Positions 9,677-20,700 of a stretch of DNA of 59,784 nucleotides are shown piece after piece (within the stretch, counting starts at the first letter, position 1; every line of letters begins with the position of its first letter). The translations under genes and the position numbers were made by a program. This stretch comes from a virus. Its lineage: Duplodnaviria; Caudoviricetes. The notes below the pieces were generated by a model. That model saw only the letters and a program-made list of their open reading frames with translations, did no database searches and was not told the origin of the DNA. The DNA is taken from positions 1 through 59,784 of the IMG/VR virus record IMGVR_UViG_3300027741_000069. One strand, given 5' to 3'.

Positions 9677-11848
9677 TCAGATATATATAAACTGAATATA
9701 ACAATGCGCCCCGGTCAGAGCTCCGCTTACTAAGCCTTTTGAATAACCAGTATAACTCGCGGCTAATGATAATTGTACAGTATTTGTTAATGCAATAAAA
9801 TTGCTAAACGCAGTAGGAGATCCAGCACTACCACCACCAGGGATTGTCCTAGTTCCAGTAAATGCAGAAGTCACCGATACTATTTGATATTTATTTGCCA
9901 CAACTTGATATGCATATACCAAAATACTTATGGGCGGAGCTGTCGCATCTGTAATTGTAAATACTGCATCGGCCGCCGCAGTATTTGTAAAAGTAGCAGT
10001 TATTTTGCTGCCGGTGCCAATATATGTTATGCCTGTTATAATATCACTAGTATTGAAATCTACCCTAACAAGCCCAGTCTTTAATGCACTACCCCCACCC
10101 GAAACTGCTGCCCAACTCGGAACTGTTCCATCAGTAGTAAGAAACTTTCCGCCGTTATTAGTTTGTGTTGGCAAACTTGCTCCGCCGCCTGAACCTGCAG
10201 ATCCAGTATACCCTGTGAGGCCTAAACTACCAGTAAACCCCGTAACACCGTCGCGGCCTTGATTTCCTTGGTTACCGTCTCGACCCACACTACCTGTATA
10301 ACCCAAACTACCAGCATAACCAGGTGCGGTACTGGCACTACCTGTATAACCAATACTACCAGCATAGCCAGGTGCTGTACTGGCACTACCAACAAAACCA
10401 ACACTACCAGCATAACCAGGTGCGGTACTGGTACTACCTGTATAACCAACACTACCAGCATAACCAGGTGCGGTACTGGCACTACCAACACTACCTGTAT
10501 AACCAACACTACCAGCATAACCAGGAGTAGTACTAGCACTTCCTGTATATCCAACACTGCCAGTATATCCTGAACCAACACTACCAGCATAACCAGGAGT
10601 AGTACTAGCACTTCCTGTATACCCAACACTACCAGTATATCCTGAACCAACACTACCAGCATAACCAGGAGTAGTACTGGCACTTCCTGTATACCCAACA
10701 CTACCAGTAAAACCACGACTTCCTACAAATCCGATTCCATCTTTGCCATCTGGCCCTTGAACACCTTGTGGTCCACGGCTGCCTGCGCTGCCAGCATAAC
10801 CTATGCTACCAGCATAACCTGGCGCAGTACTGGCACTACCAGTAAAACCAATACTACCAGTAAAACCAATGCTACCAGCATAACCTGGCGCAGTACTAGC
10901 ACTTCCAACATAACCAACGCTGCCAGCATATCCCGAACCTGAACTACCAACAAATCCAATACTACCAGTATAACCTATGCTACCAATATAACCAACGCTG
11001 CCAGCATATCCCGAACCTGAACTACCAACAAATCCAATACTACCAGTATAACCTATACTACCAATATAACCAACGCTGCCAGCATATCCCGAACCTGAAC
11101 TACCAACAAATCCAATACTACCAGTATAACCTATACTACCAATATAACCTATGCTACCAGTATAACCAATACTGCCAGCATACCCTCTAGATCCAATGGG
11201 GCCTGCCTCTGTACTTGCACTACCAGTATAGCCGAAACTGCCCCTAAATCCGACAGAACCAGTATATCCAATACTGCCCGAATATCCTAAAGAACCAATA
11301 TAACCTATGCTACCAGCATATCCCGTACTTCCAGCATACCCCAGGCTACCAGAATATCCTAAGGCACCACTCGGGCCCACAATTTGGCCCACGTTAAACC
11401 ATTTAAAACCATCCCAAACATATAAATCACCTTCTTGTGCTACAATATAAGCATCATTTGTTGAATTTCTTAAAGGTGGGAGATCGGATGGAAGATTGAC
11501 CGTCCCCTTAATATTGATATTAATACCTTGTTGGCCTGTTGGACCTTGTGGTCCCCGATCGCCCACACTTCCAGTATAACCAGCACCCCTACTACCCACA
11601 AATCCCCTACTACCCACATACCCCGGACCGCCACCGCCACCGCCACCGCCACCGCCTCCGGTATATGCGTAATTGTCAGTTATAATTCTAGTCGAACCAG
11701 TAACTGGTGCACCTTCAGTTAAGTCGCCATTCCCAATAAATAATTGCTGAGTATCAATGGCCCAATATAATTCACCAGAAGATAGAACTCCCCTGTCAGC
11801 TGCAAGTCCTCGACGTATTTGAATTATTGATACTGATGTTGTTGCCAT
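9677..11848 (-). CDS. Collagen-like tail fibre with Mtd-N/hyaluronidase-type N-terminal anchor
   Basis: N-terminus IQIRRG...GELYWAIDTQQLFIGNG, an 11-Gly hinge, ~400 aa of G-[YF]-x-G-S-x repeats, and a globular C-terminal tip. Confidence 0.8.
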   Translation of the reverse strand: MATTSVSIIQIRRGLAADRGVLSSGELYWAIDTQQLFIGNGDLTEGAPVTGSTRIITDNYAYTGGGGGGGGGGGPGYVGSRGFVGSRGAGYTGSVGDRGPQGPTGQQGININIKGTVNLPSDLPPLRNSTNDAYIVAQEGDLYVWDGFKWFNVGQIVGPSGALGYSGSLGYAGSTGYAGSIGYIGSLGYSGSIGYTGSVGFRGSFGYTGSASTEAGPIGSRGYAGSIGYTGSIGYIGSIGYTGSIGFVGSSGSGYAGSVGYIGSIGYTGSIGFVGSSGSGYAGSVGYIGSIGYTGSIGFVGSSGSGYAGSVGYVGSASTAPGYAGSIGFTGSIGFTGSASTAPGYAGSIGYAGSAGSRGPQGVQGPDGKDGIGFVGSRGFTGSVGYTGSASTTPGYAGSVGSGYTGSVGYTGSASTTPGYAGSVGSGYTGSVGYTGSASTTPGYAGSVGYTGSVGSASTAPGYAGSVGYTGSTSTAPGYAGSVGFVGSASTAPGYAGSIGYTGSASTAPGYAGSLGYTGSVGRDGNQGNQGRDGVTGFTGSLGLTGYTGSAGSGGGASLPTQTNNGGKFLTTDGTVPSWAAVSGGGSALKTGLVRVDFNTSDIITGITYIGTGSKITATFTNTAAADAVFTITDATAPPISILVYAYQVVANKYQIVSVTSAFTGTRTIPGGGSAGSPTAFSNFIALTNTVQLSLAASYTGYSKGLVSGALTGAHCYIQFIYI
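10290..11170. repeat. Nested coding tandem repeats (72-bp x3, 78-bp x3 and shorter units) in the collagen fibre
   Basis: Near-identical units start at ~10506/10578/10650 (GYTGSVGYTGSASTTPGYAGSVGS) and ~10910/10988/11066 (GSSGSGYAGSVGYIGSIGYTGSIGFV). Confidence 0.85.
11627..11659. repeat. (ACCGCC)5 microsatellite encoding a poly-Gly hinge
   Basis: Directly visible; encodes Gly11 on the minus strand. Confidence 0.9.
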
Positions 11849-11986
11849 AATTTGACCGATATATGTTTTATATATTTATGTTGAAAAACATATAATATTT
11901 AGCAGACTATAAATATCTGGTTATTGATTAGATTTGAATAATCCTAGAGATTTATATTAATTTCGGTATAGTTCAACTAAAAACTT

Positions 11987-12823
11987 CTAAGTAATATTTG
12001 ATCGCAATGTTAAGATTTCTGAAGTTGCAATATCTAACTCACTGTTCTGTTCTGTTAAATAAAACTCAACAGTTTTGTCATTTTCGATTTTTTGATCCTG
12101 TTTTACTAGACGTGTTCCCTCTGCTGAGTTATTTACAACCGTCAACTCCAGCGCCGACATCGGGTAAAACTCTCCCGATGCATAGAAATACCCAGCGTCT
12201 GCAGGAATTAATTCAGGAGTCTGTCTAGCAAAAACATAGAATTTTTTGTTGTCTTCAACGTTAGTTGTTATAAGGGTAATTTTGACAGTATCCCCTTCAT
12301 TTGCAACGTTTTTATCTAAGATAAGACGGTATGTCGAGACTCCGTCAACTCCATTTCGATCAACTACTATTATTTTTTCTGAAGTACAAAGCAAAGGTCC
12401 AGATATGCTATTAGCTCTAAGTTCAAGTTGTATAGATTTTTCACCGTTTAAAAAATCCATATTTGATGACAACTCTCTCATAAACTGAAACTCGTGGAAC
12501 CCATTTCCTAACGAAACAGGTCCCGAATTAATATTATCTAAAAAGTCAGAACTAGCTGTGGTTCCTATATTTACCCAATAAAGATCTAAAGGATTAATGC
12601 GTTGACGAACACCAGATACTGAACACGAAGCCGAGAACAAAATATAGTCCCCCTCTTTAACAGTATTGTTAGGTAAACTAGTATCACCAAGCCGAGAATA
12701 ATGAGGAGTCAGCTTAAAATTCAAAGTACCGCTACTGATTGTGGCGTTATCTAAAATTTGATAGGGCATATCAGAATCTCGAATTATTCCAACAAGTGAA
12801 GCCACTCTATTGAATCTAGGCAT
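11987..12823 (-). CDS. Virion accessory protein with Calx-beta/Ig-like domains
   Basis: Motifs ANEGDTVKITLITTNV and IQLELRANSISGPLL resemble phage Ig/Calx-beta modules. ATG 12823 (MPRFNR) is preferred over 12865 because it sits just after the upstream stop at 12829. Confidence 0.55.
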   Translation of the reverse strand: MPRFNRVASLVGIIRDSDMPYQILDNATISSGTLNFKLTPHYSRLGDTSLPNNTVKEGDYILFSASCSVSGVRQRINPLDLYWVNIGTTASSDFLDNINSGPVSLGNGFHEFQFMRELSSNMDFLNGEKSIQLELRANSISGPLLCTSEKIIVVDRNGVDGVSTYRLILDKNVANEGDTVKITLITTNVEDNKKFYVFARQTPELIPADAGYFYASGEFYPMSALELTVVNNSAEGTRLVKQDQKIENDKTVEFYLTEQNSELDIATSEILTLRSNIT

Positions 12824-12828
12824 ATTAA

Positions 12829-13512
12829 TTATCCATAAAATCCAGATTGACCCAAAACATTCCAACTACTACCAATCCTTAATAAGGAAAAAGAAATAAT
12901 ATCAATATTTGATGGACTTAGTATTGGAGAAATCCCCCCCAACCATTTAACTGTTTGAGGTACGCCGCCTATTAGAACTTGATCTATTGAATAGGCTGTG
13001 GCTCCTTGGGCAATAAACAATACTATTACAGTTGAAGAAGCGTTTTGCGTCAATGGTACGTTAGTTATATTAACATCAAATGCACTTATAACATTAGTAT
13101 GATAAAAAACGGATCCCAAATTCACATTGTGCTCCACTTGACCTGTAGACCCACTTAGTACAATAACGTCTTCAGTTATTGAAACTGATCCATCAGATCC
13201 AGCTGAACCAGTATAGCCAACTGATCCAGTATAGCCAACTGATCCAGTATAGCCAACTGATCCAGTATAGCCAACTGATCCAGTATAACCAACTGATCCA
13301 GTATAACCAACTGATCCAGTATAACCAACTGATCCGGTATAGCCACCCCCACCAAAGACTGGACTAATAGATGCCAGAATATCAATACCGCCCTGCTGTG
13401 CGCCATCTCCTATATATAACTTATTTGTATCAGTTACATACAGCAGCTCGCCCGCCTTTGGAACTATTGACGTTCTATCTGCTTCTTCTCCTCTTCTTAT
13501 TTGTAAAGTCAT
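12829..13512 (-). CDS. Short fibre protein: Mtd-N-like anchor, (GYTGSV)n stalk, C-terminal beta domain
   Basis: MTLQIRRG...GELLYVTDTNKLYIGDG...GG N-terminus followed by eight GYTGS units. Confidence 0.75.
   Translation of the reverse strand: MTLQIRRGEEADRTSIVPKAGELLYVTDTNKLYIGDGAQQGGIDILASISPVFGGGGYTGSVGYTGSVGYTGSVGYTGSVGYTGSVGYTGSVGYTGSVGYTGSAGSDGSVSITEDVIVLSGSTGQVEHNVNLGSVFYHTNVISAFDVNITNVPLTQNASSTVIVLFIAQGATAYSIDQVLIGGVPQTVKWLGGISPILSPSNIDIISFSLLRIGSSWNVLGQSGFYG
13203..13344. repeat. 18-bp tandem repeat, ~8 copies (GYTGSV)
   Basis: Unit gatccagtat(a)[g/a]ccaact is repeated almost perfectly. Confidence 0.95.
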
Positions 13513-13529
13513 TAAATTCTCCTAAATCT

Positions 13530-14114
13530 TTAAAATGTTCCCAAATCCATTGATAGCTCTGCTGGATTCATAAAAGTGCCAAAATCTATTCCTACTGCAT
13601 CTATTAGATATGAAATAGGAGTTGTCAATGTTTTCCTAAAATCACCAAAATCAAAGCCACCAGTTCCATTACTTATTGATGTTGACGAAATCGTTACGTT
13701 TCCAAGTCCATTTGTTGGACTGATTGAAATGTTGTCTCCAGCAACGATTTTACCTACACCGCCTAAAATAGTCCCAGGCTTCCAAGCATTTCCGTCCCAT
13801 ACTAGAGTTTGCCCAATAGTGGGCTCAACATCTAAAACGTCAATCAGTCTTGTCCAGGACCCCACGGCAGCTTCTATTTTCCAAACTTTTAAAAGTTTTG
13901 AAGAGGAGTCGTACCAAATCTGACCCTCTAATGGGTTTGCTGGAGGATTTGAATTGGAAAAATTTTCCATTAACCTAATAAAGTTATCAAATATATATTC
14001 ACCATACCCAACATAACTTCGACCAATTAAATATATTCCTGTAGATAGATCAATACCGCCGTCTTCGACAATAGTTACCACTTCACCAGATGTTTTGCGA
14101 ATTATATAAGACAT
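13530..14114 (-). CDS. Baseplate/fibre adaptor protein
   Basis: MSY...LIGRSYVGYGE...NFIRLMENFS..PP.NP.EGQIWYD N-terminal motif, familiar from fibre-attachment proteins of large myoviruses. Position between baseplate and fibre genes agrees. Confidence 0.6.
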   Translation of the reverse strand: MSYIIRKTSGEVVTIVEDGGIDLSTGIYLIGRSYVGYGEYIFDNFIRLMENFSNSNPPANPLEGQIWYDSSSKLLKVWKIEAAVGSWTRLIDVLDVEPTIGQTLVWDGNAWKPGTILGGVGKIVAGDNISISPTNGLGNVTISSTSISNGTGGFDFGDFRKTLTTPISYLIDAVGIDFGTFMNPAELSMDLGTF

Positions 14115-14127
14115 GATTTATCACTCA

Positions 14128-14769
14128 TTAGGAGGTTAATGTTTGAATTCTAACAGTATATTCCACTTGTATTTGTCTATTCAAACTTTTTTGTACGGGA
14201 TGAAATATAACATGAGTTAGTAATTTTCCAAGTGCCTCTCCAGCAGGAGTATATCCTTTTAACCCAAGTTCATCAAAAACATAAGAATCTGACAAGTTCT
14301 GACTATTATCAAATAGTGCCTGGCCCGAAGGCTCTCCATAATCAAGCAAACAGGAAATTAATATATCAGAATAAACTGTACCAGGAACATGCCTTACCTC
14401 AACTTTGTTCTTGGACTTGTCAAGATTTTTAATACTACTATTATCAACAACTTTATAATATGTTGGATTATATAGATCACTATTTTGAGTCTTAACATTA
14501 GGTGGTAGATAATTAATAACACCCGTCGGATCCACAGTAGTGCCACCATTGCCAAAATGCATTTCGTATATAAATCCAGAGTCTAGTCTAGAAATGCTTC
14601 TAGCCAAAGCCTCACTTAAATTTTCATAATGAATCGCATTGGATTTATTTACAAATATTTCTTTTGTTTCGGGATCAAAAATTTTAATATGGCCCCGAAT
14701 CGAAATCCCGGTAAAATCATCCACCGTTCGATCTGATTCTAACATATTTTTCGTTTGGTCATTGTTCAT
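14128..14769 (-). CDS. Putative baseplate peripheral / tail-collar-like protein
   Basis: HFGNGG...DELGL...LLTHVIFHPVQKS...VEYTVRI pattern resembles tail-collar/fibre-anchor folds; directly follows the giant baseplate gene. Confidence 0.55.
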   Translation of the reverse strand: MNNDQTKNMLESDRTVDDFTGISIRGHIKIFDPETKEIFVNKSNAIHYENLSEALARSISRLDSGFIYEMHFGNGGTTVDPTGVINYLPPNVKTQNSDLYNPTYYKVVDNSSIKNLDKSKNKVEVRHVPGTVYSDILISCLLDYGEPSGQALFDNSQNLSDSYVFDELGLKGYTPAGEALGKLLTHVIFHPVQKSLNRQIQVEYTVRIQTLTS

Positions 14770-14784
14770 GCTATTATTTACCTT

Positions 14785-17700
14785 TTAATATAGCTTAGTT
14801 TTCAAAAAATTGGCTTGAATTGTGCTTGCAGCCATTAAACCCAAACCATCAGTAACTCTTGTTGACCCTGGGGGGCTTGGGTTCAGCCAAATACGTTCTT
14901 GACTGAAAGTTACATTAATTATTAGACCATCCAAAATCCTATTACTTGCCGTTTTAGTAAAAGTCACCAAAACAACAGGGGTTCCGGTGGAATTATCGAT
15001 AGATAACAAATAATATTCACCATATGGTAAAATATTACTACCTATTTTTAATGTCAACGCTTCTCTTATTTGTAACAAATTGTTTGGCACATTAAAAGTT
15101 AACCCAACAACTCGAATATTTTTGGAAAAAGCAATTGATTGAGTCTGCTCCGATATGGATGACGGTACTTCCAATCGACTACTAGCATCTTCAATAATTG
15201 AATAAATTTGATGAACTTCAGGTATGCTAGTTTTATCAGCGCCTCTAATCAATTGACCAATCGTATTAGTAACCTTGTCAATAGCAAAATATCGTATTTT
15301 TTCTCCTGAAATATAAATCACTCCCGGAATATTATTGGCAGGGTTGGGTAATGTTAGCACACTGACATCATCAACATAAATCACTGTATCATTCCAATTT
15401 AACTCCCGTAACAACACAGCCGATGCAGATCTAGACATTGCAAAATATCCAACATTTCCAACAGTATCTTTAACTATTCTATATGCTAACATCCTATCTG
15501 ATTGGAAATCTAGATTGTCGTCTAAATTTACTTCTTTAGTGATTACTTTTATAGATATACTTTCAAAAATAATTCCCGGAACTAACTCTTCTGGAGAATT
15601 GGCAACCTTTTCTCCCTTATCAAATGCCCCACCAGAAATAATATATTGATTTTGGTCAACATTTTTTAGAGCCAAAGGTTGACTTAGATCATCACCAAAA
15701 TCAAGAGGCGTTCCTTCGTTAGTGTTTGCAGATCGGATAATTCCAGGTATTAGTCTAGAAAGATTAATACTTCCGTTTTCTCCAATTTCTTTTGATGATT
15801 GATAATAATCTGGTCGATATATAGAAGCTATCCTATCATTAGCACTGATATAATCTGAATCAGAAATTCGAGAAAATAAAGAATAATTAAAAAGTTCAAA
15901 TGCGGGCACATTTGTATTTGCTCTGTATCCTTGACCTTGATAACTGACCAAACTGCCAAATTTATAAAATTTATTTGGCAACCATTCTGTAACTTGAGTT
16001 GTATAACTGATCCTATCAAATTTCAAAACGATCTTGAAAGATCTAATTTTTTTATTAGTCATAACAGGCACCAATTCTGCCATAAAACCGTCGCCGTTTA
16101 CCATAATCAAAGGAGTAGAAACATACCCACTTCCTGGATTTGTGACCCTAATAGATGCCAATGATCCATTATTTGGGTTTATTGTTGCAATCGCCGTAGC
16201 TCCCGACCCAAATCCATCAAGAGACACTATTTTAATTGATGGGGGCAAAAGAAAACCAAGACCCGGATTCACTATCTTGATAGATTCAATGCTATAATGC
16301 AAATTGTTGCGCCAATCTTGATATTGTGGTTGTAACAATGATTGCCCATCCTTAACTGGGTATTCGCCAGACGGTGATCTATACATTTTAAGATCACCAT
16401 CCCATGACGATGGCAAATCGAAATCTGTTGATTTAATTTTACCCACATCTAAATTAGAATAAGATAAAACATAATCTCTTATTTTTGTTCTATACGGCTT
16501 TACTTCATTTATATAGTCAACATAATAATTTTGGTTATCCTTTATAAAATTTGGAGTCTGCTCCAAAGCTCTTATATTATGAATAACCCTAATAAAACTG
16601 GTCTTAAACGCCCATCCTACATTGTTTTGTTCTGACAGAATATAGTTAATCAATACAAATATCATTTGATTAAATATATTTTCCAAACTACCAGTTAATA
16701 TTTCATACCTCAATGCATATAAAATTTGTCTGATCTCGATAGAATTATTACCATCAAAGCCTTCTTGATCTGTTGCTGTGCTATCAAAACCAATTTGTGT
16801 TTGATCCCAAATGTTTTCTAAAAATTCAATAGTTCCATATTCTAACCCAATCAATCGACTATCATTAGGAGTGTCAAAATAATAAATCTCAAATCCGTGT
16901 TTAGTCAATACTTTAATAACATCACCAGATTTTATCCCTAATTGTGCAATCGCATTATATTGATCAACTATAAAATTAATTGTTAGGTTGGAAGAAAACC
17001 CACTAGCATACCATTCCTTAGTTGTCCAGAATTTTTTAGTATTACTAGTTTGATTTTTTATGAGGTTGAAGAAACCATCATTGAATTTATATAGTGTCCA
17101 AATCCCACCAAAATCTGAATCACTGACTACCAAGGCAACTTCATTATTTTTTGCACCTATATATGCAAGTTCTTCTTTACTATCAACCTTAAAATCAAAA
17201 TCGGTTGGAAATTGGTCAATTTGATTTAATCTAGATTTTTTAAATTCAGGACTGCTCTGAATTTTTAAAACTATGCTATCCGTTGACAGTACTGAGTTTA
17301 AAAAACTAATGACATTTCGCAATGCTTCTGATTTGTTCAAAATCATTGTCTGTCTAGGTCTTAACAGTATGCCAGTATTATACTGGGGGGACAAGTTAAA
17401 ATCCGGAACAATCTCGCCCATAATATCAATCCCAGATAGACTATCAATCATTTTGTCAACGATCGTATCGGGAATTTTGAGCTTGCTGTCACCATCACCA
17501 ACCAGCGCATATTCATTATGGTTCAAATTTGAGTTTAACACTTTATCATAATTCACTCGTAAAACAATATCTGAACCAGAAATATAATTTCGACTATTAA
17601 AAATGGCCATGCTATTTTTAGATAGAAATCCAACATATGGGATACTCTGACTATTTGGATTAAGAATAGATTGTTCCATTTCAGCAATGCTAATAGATCT

Positions 17701-20700
17701 ATTAGAATTATTTGGAATTTTAGTCAACAGCCTGACCCAATAATAATATTTTACAACAATATTTCCAGATTGGGTATTTGTATAACTGACTGATGAATAT
17801 CTACTATCATCACCATTTAATGGAATCCCAGGTTTATTAGAGGAAATATGTTTGCTCGGCGGTGTATCACTTTCTGACCACTCATAAACATGAATTTCGC
17901 TGCCAGGGAAAATTTGCCCCCAAGTTTTTAGTCTATAAGTTAATTCAGATTGTTCATAATCAATATATCTAACCTTAGACAAATCCCACCAAGTCTTCCC
18001 AAGTTGCGATGATGCCCAACTATGATCTAAAATTATACCATTTGAGTATAGACTGCCAGAATTGTATACTGCTGGGTCTGTGCTAGATCTATAGTCTAAA
18101 TCCTGATCAACTATCCCCAAAACTTTGCCTTTTATTGGATCAACGATATCTAATAGAGATAAAATATTGCCGTTGGTTTTGTTAAACAAACTGATATTAT
18201 TTATTGATGTGATGTCAATAGAGGTTTCTTGACTACGCAATTTGCCCCATGTGTTTGAGTTATTGGCATTAAAATATTCATAAATTTCTCCAATTTGATT
18301 AGACTTTCCTACCCCAAAATTTGATCCTATCAGGATTCTATTTTCAGTTATCTCTATTGAGTTTCCAAACCCATCACCACGTTTTGAATTCCCATCTAGA
18401 AATTCTTTTGTGTGTATAAAGGACTGTGGTCCTGTACCTAACATCTCATACAAATATACGCACCCGGTGCCCGGATTTCCTTGATAAAATTTAGTATTAT
18501 TGCTATCAAAAATTGTACTATTTTGATCATAAGTCTCAAATAGTTTGGCAGACCCAAGCAAACTTGAAATCAACAATGATTTATCATTCGGGGATATCTT
18601 TACTCTATGTCCAAACTCTTGATTGTTTTGATTCACAGGACTTACTAAGGTTTGTTCAATTTCATAAACTTTACCTTTCTTAGCATAACAAAAAACAGCG
18701 CCACCAGAGCTTTCAGACTGAATAATATTAGGTGCACTGATATATAACTTATCTGCTTCTTTTGAACATTCAACACTAAATCCAAAATCTGATCTTGTGT
18801 TTAATTTTCTTATTGGGAAAATCTTTTGCAATAATTTGTCTGATTCAAAAACATAAGCCGAGCCAATAGGAGCCGATGACGGAAGGCCATCAAATGGTGC
18901 TCCAACTAGTAACACATCAGATTCTGAACTAATTTTAATACTATGCCCAAATTTACTACCAGACAATCCGCCAACTAACTTAATTCCAGAGTACTTATAG
19001 TGTGGCAATAATCTGACTCTAATTGTCACAGTGTTAACCCCAGATAATTTATTTTTATATTCTAAGAATTTTTGATCACTCAATAATATATTATCAAAAT
19101 TATTCAAATAGTCCAATCCGGGTATTAAAAATTCCCCATTAATATCCACAGCCAAGTATCCTGAAACTTGTGGATCTTTAAATGCCGAAGATATTAATTT
19201 ATATGTTCTTATTAACGGATTAAACTCAATATATTGAACCCGTTTTTTGGGAGACATCAAAGAATACTTATAAACTGCCCCATTGCCAGGAGATCCAATA
19301 TAAAGCGTTTTGGAGTCGGCAGTTAAGCTGACACTATACCCGAATAAACTTGTATTTTCATTTTTCGGCGGACAAATTATTTGAACAATTGCGTAAGTAT
19401 TTAGATTTGTATCCCAAGAACATACAGTCACTAAACCTGTTTCGTTTTTAAATTTTGGAGCTCCTGATATTAGATATTCATTACTCATATCCAAACAAAA
19501 CCCTAAACTTTTCATTCCTGGATTCTGACTATCAATAGTATCAACGGTATAGTTTCCGTCATTGAAATAAATGACATGAATCCTTCCGCGCCCATTATTT
19601 TTTTCTGGAGACCCAGCTGCTATAAATTTTTGATCTGGACTTGATGATATAGAGGACCCATAACCAACAAATTCCATATCATCAGACGTTTCTAAACTAA
19701 TTTTCCTCGATAGCTTCCAATTTTCGGTCTTTTTGTAAAATGCCCACCGATTATTTTCATCTGAATCTACCCAAAATTTATTTCTAGTCAACCAACTATT
19801 TTGTTGAGCATCTGCTATTACTGATGGAATATTTTGATATCGAGCCGACTTTAATAAAAACAACTGTCCGATATTTTTTAATGATCCCTGTTTCAAAAGA
19901 GAAACTTGATTTTGATCTATTCTAATAGAAAACTTATTTAAGTTAATAGATTCTTCAACTATATACAACCCATCAAATTGTGGGTGTAACTGTTTAATAA
20001 TGATCGGATCATTAGCTATTAAGGAGTTTGTTTTTGTTGTTGTTACAATAGCCAACATATCTAATCCATATTCCACAGATTTAATATTATTGTTAGATTC
20101 ATCAATTCTATAAACTTGCCAATTAAATGATAAATCATTTGCGACCCAGATGTGTTTTCCAATAGTCATTGACTGAATATTTGTTGCATCCACCGCACTA
20201 TTTGCTATATCGAATAAAGTGAAATCGACATCATCCAAATTGACATATCCAGCTGTTGGTATATCAGATTCGCGAATCGTTTCATTATTTCTTGTTAAAA
20301 ATCCTGGAAACGCCTTTGACCCCATCAAATATTCTTTATTAGATTGCACAGGTATAAACCCAAGGTGATCGCTATTCTCATCAATGATTATACCAAAACT
20401 ATTTGTTATACTATCTGAATCACCTAGGTCAATATCTAATGTTAGATTGCTGTTTTGTGCCCCATACTCTCCGACCTTTATTGCCCACTCCTCGTCAAAA
20501 GTAATACTGGCTGTTCTATTATGAGCACCACTAGAGGATGCAGACAACAGAGAAGAGATAGATTTTTTTGTCCCTTTATCTTTTATATAGCCTTGATAAA
20601 ATTTGGTTTGAGTCGTCAAATCAATATTTAAATCTGACAGGTAATTCCTATATCTATAACCAATTAATCCTGAACTTAATTTTCGAAACTGTGGATCGAT

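Noticed and set aside
10200-11370. Resemblance of GYAGS/GYTGS repeats to ice-nucleation protein repeats
   Set aside because: Periodicity is 3/6 (Gly-X-Y), not the 8/16-residue AGYGSTxT pattern.
13203-13344. Regular short repeats resembling a CRISPR array
   Set aside because: Head-to-tail 18-bp units with no unique spacers, in frame within a CDS, and no cas genes.
9884-13553. Repetitive ORFs such as YSQLIQ, LVILDQ and TTSIT repeats
   Set aside because: Alternative-frame readings of the GYTGS tandem repeats.
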